From IMG/VR virus record IMGVR_UViG_3300032050_000023: 64,000 bases of DNA. One strand, 5' to 3'. The stretch is from an uncultured virus (IMG/VR IMGVR_UViG_3300032050_000023). Lineage: Duplodnaviria > Heunggongvirae > Uroviricota > Caudoviricetes. Numbering within the stretch: position 1 is the first letter of the stretch; each line of letters starts with the position of its first letter. Position numbers and translations under genes: made by a program. Positions 59,401-64,000 of the stretch are shown here, in pieces. Under the pieces are notes generated by a model. The model did not search any database. It was not told the DNA's origin and saw nothing but the letters and a program-made list of their open reading frames with translations.

Positions 59401-62400
59401 TAATTACACAACATATTGAAGTTTATTCCAACGTTAATTTTGAAGTCCTGTGTCACGCTTAATGGTAAACAGTTACCATTATATATAGTCACAGTTTGAT
59501 TTGTATTATTTATAACATAACTTAACCCATCTGATTGTAAATCATCTAAAGCGTCCTTCAGAGACACTAACCAAGTGTTTGCACTTGGGTAACTTGCTAT
59601 AGGATTTGTATTTCCGTAACCTGTAAAAAATTCTTTATGAACTAAGTTTACACCATTTAAAATCAAATCAACATACCATGTACTTTGTAAGGTGTCCGTT
59701 TGACAATTAGGTGGAAGTAAATTATTTGCCAACAATAAATTATTAAGTATCACGGCAAATGATGTGACATTAGGGTTAGAACCCCAAGGATATATAGGAC
59801 AAACAACCTCTTGTATTGGACAATCAACCGCAAATAATTGACCAACCAAAGAACATGGTTTACAAGGTACTGGAACAATTTTACAACCCATTTGTCTTCT
59901 CCAAACAAATTTTTGTCGGTGAAAAATAGAGTTTTCTAATCTTACACCTGATGTTAATAAAGTTGTTGCGGGAATTAATTGACCAACTAATTTAATCCAA
60001 TAATCACCTAATCCATTCACATACTCAATCATGGTTTTATATGTGAAATTATCATTCGGAATATTGATTGCTTGGTTAGATTCTAAATACCTCCAATAAA
60101 TAGATTGTAAGGTTGGGTATCCCCCTGTTTTACCATCTGTTATAAATTGTCTATTTCTGACATTAATCATGTTTTTCCAAAACGTTTGAGCGAACTCAAA
60201 AAATGTTTTTTGTTTTGGCTTAGGGTTAATTTCTGTCCAATCTATACCACCTCTATTTGGATATGGTCCATTTGGATATGGATTACAATATGTTGGTTCT
60301 ATATAGTCCAACCCTTCGTTTGGTATTGGGTAATTGTATCTTCTTGACATAGACCAAACGTCATATGCCAACCCTTGTGCCGGATTTAAGAAAACATCAA
60401 CATTTTTAACATTTATAACAAATCTTTCATCATAAACTCTATAATAAGCGGTAAATCCACCATCAGAAGTATTTCTTAACCCGTCTTCATCAATTGTCCA
60501 ACTTTTTTTGTTATCAATTACTTTAACTAAATCATACCCCAAATTCATAAATGGAAACCTTCTATATCTGTCAAGATATATTTGACCATAATTAAACGGT
60601 AATAAACTTGTCTGATAACTTGGATTAGAACCAACAAAGACTTGATTTGTTTCATTAACATTTTCTGGCATATGGTGGTCTGGTGTTGACTCGAACCATC
60701 CTCCCCCTATTTGAAAGAAGTAACTTTCAGAGTCTGGAACTGAAGATGGGTATCCTTGACTATCCATAGGATAATCACTTCTACTCAAAGTTGTTGCACT
60801 AATAACTGTTTGTATTGTAAAACCCGTATATTGTACTCCCATAATTGTAAAAACATTTGTTGGGTCTAAAACAGGTATTTGTGTCACATATAATCCTCCT
60901 GATATATTTAAATATTGATTTTCAAATTGAGAAAGGTTAATTCTTTCATCCGCTAAGTAAACATATTCATTAAAGTCTATCAAAGCTTCAGGGGCACCTA
61001 CTAACCTTAACAAAATTTCTATTGACCTTCTCGTACCTTTGGATTTGAAAAGGTAAGCAGCGTTTAAAATTAAATTTTTATAATATTGGTAGTTAATTTC
61101 GTTTGGTGTCAAAGCTCTTGAGTAACCCGGAAAATTACTTGGTTCATTTGTTCCAAAAACTGATTGTATAAGTGTTTCATTACTTATTGGTGATATATTT
61201 GTTTTCCAACCTAATGTTTCAGCTAAGTTTTTTAGAAGTTGTGATGGTATATCATTTCCCGTATTGTAATTTACTGATGTCATGTTTGCTAATGACATAA
61301 CAAATTTTCTCACTTCATCGAAACTTCTACCATATATTTGAAGTATTTTTTCGTACTTTCTATCAGAAGTATCAAATTCTTTTAATGCTCCTGTTGTGAA
61401 AAAACGTGATATTAAATCTGTCTTATATGAATCTAAATTTTCGCAGATTTCATTCAATGATGTTAAATACTTATCAAAATCATTTGTTCTAATATCCAAG
61501 TTCCAGTTTCCATCTAATGGCCAATTTATTACTTCTTGTACGATTGAGTATGTGCCATCATCATTTTCTTGTGGTACTTGGAATGTTGCACTATATATTG
61601 GTTTAATTAGTCTATTTAATAAAAATTGTTCTACCTCATCAAAAAACTCTGTAAATGATTTTTCTGTGTAAAAACTGTTTGGTCTTAAAACAATACTTTT
61701 TGTTGTTGCAGATAAACCATCAAAAGGATTTCCTTTAACATAAAATTTTAAATATTGGTCAACATCAGTTGTTGGTGTCAGAAATGTTAAATTATACTCA
61801 GTATTGTCAACAAATATTGAATAATTTAAGTACTGTGTTGTCAAATTTCTTAATGGTGAAACCTCCACTTCACTTAATTGAAGGTTTCTTGTTGCATTTG
61901 ATGTATAATCAATATCAAAAGGGTTTCGTATCCAATTTAATGGTAACTCCAAATATGTTTCATTGAGAACTTGGTTATAGACTATATTTACAGCAGTAAG
62001 TCCTGTTCTAAAATTTAAATTTGTGGATATACACTCAATAGCGGCCGGAAAATAATTTATTATTTTTGATACTGAGGTTGAAATTCTTTTTGATAAAGAC
62101 CCGTATAAAGTAAAATTGGTAACCTCAGATAAATCAAAATTAGGATAAACCTGTAAACTTTGTGCAACTAGATTTTTAGACTCTTCAATTGAAGATAAAT
62201 CCAAATCGGAAAGACTAATGGGACTTGAAAACGCCCCAATATTAAACCCTCTGTTTTGTTTTTCTGATAATCCTGTTGTAAATTCAAAATTGGCGTTTGT
62301 GAGTCCACCACCCGCAACTAATTGTACACCAACTAATTCATCGGCAAATGCACTTGCTCCAGTATCTGTTTGTGGTGGCCATTTATATTTTATTACCGCC

Positions 62401-62402
62401 AT
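59400..62402 (-). CDS. baseplate wedge-like structural protein (contains P2 gpI-like segment)
   Basis: IPSQLLKNLAETLGW...YLFKSKGTRRSIEILLRLVG. Confidence 0.6.
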   Translation of the reverse strand: MAVIKYKWPPQTDTGASAFADELVGVQLVAGGGLTNANFEFTTGLSEKQNRGFNIGAFSSPISLSDLDLSSIEESKNLVAQSLQVYPNFDLSEVTNFTLYGSLSKRISTSVSKIINYFPAAIECISTNLNFRTGLTAVNIVYNQVLNETYLELPLNWIRNPFDIDYTSNATRNLQLSEVEVSPLRNLTTQYLNYSIFVDNTEYNLTFLTPTTDVDQYLKFYVKGNPFDGLSATTKSIVLRPNSFYTEKSFTEFFDEVEQFLLNRLIKPIYSATFQVPQENDDGTYSIVQEVINWPLDGNWNLDIRTNDFDKYLTSLNEICENLDSYKTDLISRFFTTGALKEFDTSDRKYEKILQIYGRSFDEVRKFVMSLANMTSVNYNTGNDIPSQLLKNLAETLGWKTNISPISNETLIQSVFGTNEPSNFPGYSRALTPNEINYQYYKNLILNAAYLFKSKGTRRSIEILLRLVGAPEALIDFNEYVYLADERINLSQFENQYLNISGGLYVTQIPVLDPTNVFTIMGVQYTGFTIQTVISATTLSRSDYPMDSQGYPSSVPDSESYFFQIGGGWFESTPDHHMPENVNETNQVFVGSNPSYQTSLLPFNYGQIYLDRYRRFPFMNLGYDLVKVIDNKKSWTIDEDGLRNTSDGGFTAYYRVYDERFVINVKNVDVFLNPAQGLAYDVWSMSRRYNYPIPNEGLDYIEPTYCNPYPNGPYPNRGGIDWTEINPKPKQKTFFEFAQTFWKNMINVRNRQFITDGKTGGYPTLQSIYWRYLESNQAINIPNDNFTYKTMIEYVNGLGDYWIKLVGQLIPATTLLTSGVRLENSIFHRQKFVWRRQMGCKIVPVPCKPCSLVGQLFAVDCPIQEVVCPIYPWGSNPNVTSFAVILNNLLLANNLLPPNCQTDTLQSTWYVDLILNGVNLVHKEFFTGYGNTNPIASYPSANTWLVSLKDALDDLQSDGLSYVINNTNQTVTIYNGNCLPLSVTQDFKINVGINFNMLCN

Positions 62403-63310
62403 TATTGAGTTATATTTGAAAAGTTTTTACTGAAATCAATATTATCACCTCTATCTTCTCTAACTTCGAATAGAAGTTCGTTGTATTGGTCTCTGATTTC
62501 AAATAGGTTATATTGTTTGTAAATATTGTTTTGAGTATCGTAAAGCGTATAGATACCGTCATTAAGTGACTTGGTTTGGTTACCAAACAATGCTATTGCC
62601 AATGTTGATATATCATGTTCTACTATTTCAATTTCCATTGTTACAGGATTAAAGAATGTATTTGAAATGATAATATCTTGATCTGGTTGGCCAATAAATG
62701 GTGTTGCGTTTGGTTTGTTAGATGGTGATGATGATGGTGAAAGAGTACAAAACATTAAATTAGTTACACCATTAACATATTGATATCTAACAATACTTGT
62801 TGTTGTGTTCGTTGAGTTTTGTACAACGGGTTCACAATAAAAAGATGATGTTATAATTCTAAAAAAGTTTGGTATTTTTGCCCCATTTGGTTGAAGGTAC
62901 TCAACTCTATATCCGATTAAACCTTGATTTACAAACTTGTCTCTGAATGCAACGGGAACATTATTCAAATCAACAACAATACCCTTTATATTTGGTAGTG
63001 AGGCCAAAATACCACAATCCGTAATTGTAGTTCTGATTTCAGCAGGTCTTATATATAATGTGTATATTCCTAACTGATTAAAGACATTTGCCGGTAATCT
63101 TAAGTTATACAAACCACCCAATATCTCAATGTCAGCGTTACCACCAGTGTTTGTATTATGAAAATAAGGAGTTAAAACCGCAGAAGAGTTTAATTTCGTT
63201 AACTGAAAATCATTTGTCACATCTCTAGATTGAGTGTAATTTAATATAATATCTACGTCAGTTGGGCTAACATCAGCGGGTCTTATCGTTCCATATGTTC
63301 CTGTTGCCAT
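62402..63310 (-). CDS. putative structural protein
   Basis: 302 aa, beta-rich; TATTTAT at 63331. Confidence 0.55.
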   Translation of the reverse strand: MATGTYGTIRPADVSPTDVDIILNYTQSRDVTNDFQLTKLNSSAVLTPYFHNTNTGGNADIEILGGLYNLRLPANVFNQLGIYTLYIRPAEIRTTITDCGILASLPNIKGIVVDLNNVPVAFRDKFVNQGLIGYRVEYLQPNGAKIPNFFRIITSSFYCEPVVQNSTNTTTSIVRYQYVNGVTNLMFCTLSPSSSPSNKPNATPFIGQPDQDIIISNTFFNPVTMEIEIVEHDISTLAIALFGNQTKSLNDGIYTLYDTQNNIYKQYNLFEIRDQYNELLFEVREDRGDNIDFSKNFSNITQ

Positions 63311-63344
63311 TTTTTTTCTTTTTGTTTTTTATAAATATTTAATT

Positions 63345-64000
63345 TTAAGTTTCTACATTAAAAAATCCGTAACCATACTTAACTAAATCTCCAATGTTAT
63401 CCACTTCACCTAATCTCATAATTGATTCAAGTGCTGAAACTCTTCCTCTTTCGATAAAAATATCAGACCTTATCTCTGGTTCATACGCAACACCTATCAA
63501 CGCTTCTTCTTTTGTTATTGCAGAAAAAACTATATCATCTATTGTCAATCCTGACGATTGAACAAAATACAAAGTAGTTCCTCCACTTAAATCCCAATAG
63601 TCGACACCATTGATTGTATATGCCGAATATGAATTATTTGGTACCGCCCCATAATATGTCCCAACAACCCCTGTTTCTCCTGTAACTTGAACACCTATAG
63701 GATACGGTATCGCCCCATATTGTTCTAAGTCAGCTAAAGCCGAGGTTGTATATCCTGAAACAATGAATGGTATGTTCACGTAACTTGAGGATATATAATC
63801 TATAATATTCGTATTCGAGTCTCCTGTAAATAAAAAATCATAACTTATTGGTATATTATTCCAATTTCCTCCTTGTGGGAAAAATGTAACAGTTCCGTTT
63901 GGATTTAATGGAACAACGTTAACATATGGTACGGTTATTGTTTTTGAAACCGTTGTTATTCCCCAAGGCGTAGTTCCTGTTATTGTAACAGTATAGGTAC
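63345..64000 (-). CDS. putative structural protein (partial; frame stays open to the right end)
   Basis: Manual translation upstream of 63779 has no stop: TYTVTITGTTPWGITTVSKTITVPYV... Confidence 0.65.
   Translation of the reverse strand, partial: TYTVTITGTTPWGITTVSKTITVPYVNVVPLNPNGTVTFFPQGGNWNNIPISYDFLFTGDSNTNIIDYISSSYVNIPFIVSGYTTSALADLEQYGAIPYPIGVQVTGETGVVGTYYGAVPNNSYSAYTINGVDYWDLSGGTTLYFVQSSGLTIDDIVFSAITKEEALIGVAYEPEIRSDIFIERGRVSALESIMRLGEVDNIGDLVKYGYGFFNVET

Noticed and set aside
531..62433. Many short antisense ORFs in the track (e.g. 531..821, 19889..20353, 36555..37112, 43447..43881, 57074..57442)
   Set aside because: They lie opposite well-supported genes and show mirror-image composition; treated as shadow ORFs
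1..64000. Stop-codon reassignment
   Set aside because: Recognisable genes are full length under the standard code and end in TAA, TAG or TGA
1..64000. Bacterial chromosome or eukaryotic giant virus origin
   Set aside because: No housekeeping operons or rRNA; a bacterial sigma factor and promoters together with gp46/47-like, primase and baseplate-like genes fit a large phage

Overview
AT-rich, gene-dense 64-kb segment of a large tailed (jumbo-type) bacteriophage genome read with the standard bacterial code; most genes are on the minus strand. The host is very likely Bacteroidota: there are TTTG-N19/20-TAnnTTTG promoters, a Bacteroidota-type RpoD-like sigma factor, an Hc1-like histone protein and SprB-like repeats. 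The left part (1-43 kb) holds accessory and replication genes: RNA-repair enzymes, four orphan DNA methyltransferases, RmlB/RmlC, Trx/Grx/DnaJ, a possible lysis module, SbcC/SbcD, a PD-(D/E)XK nuclease and a primase. The right part (43-64 kb) holds RuvC plus Cys-rich, Pro/Thr-repeat structural genes. Most notable: (1) a plus-strand four-gene cassette array punctuated by five identical ATGAACCTACAAGAA repeats, the last one empty; (2) a shared N-terminal leader ending in (I/L)xE on about a dozen unrelated proteins behind a TATTTAT motif; (3) a plant HPAT/SGT1-like glycosyltransferase among mucin-like PT-repeat virion genes; (4) several structured non-coding elements, two of them mutually complementary although 24.5 kb apart. 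All family calls come from recognising motifs by eye; no database search was run.
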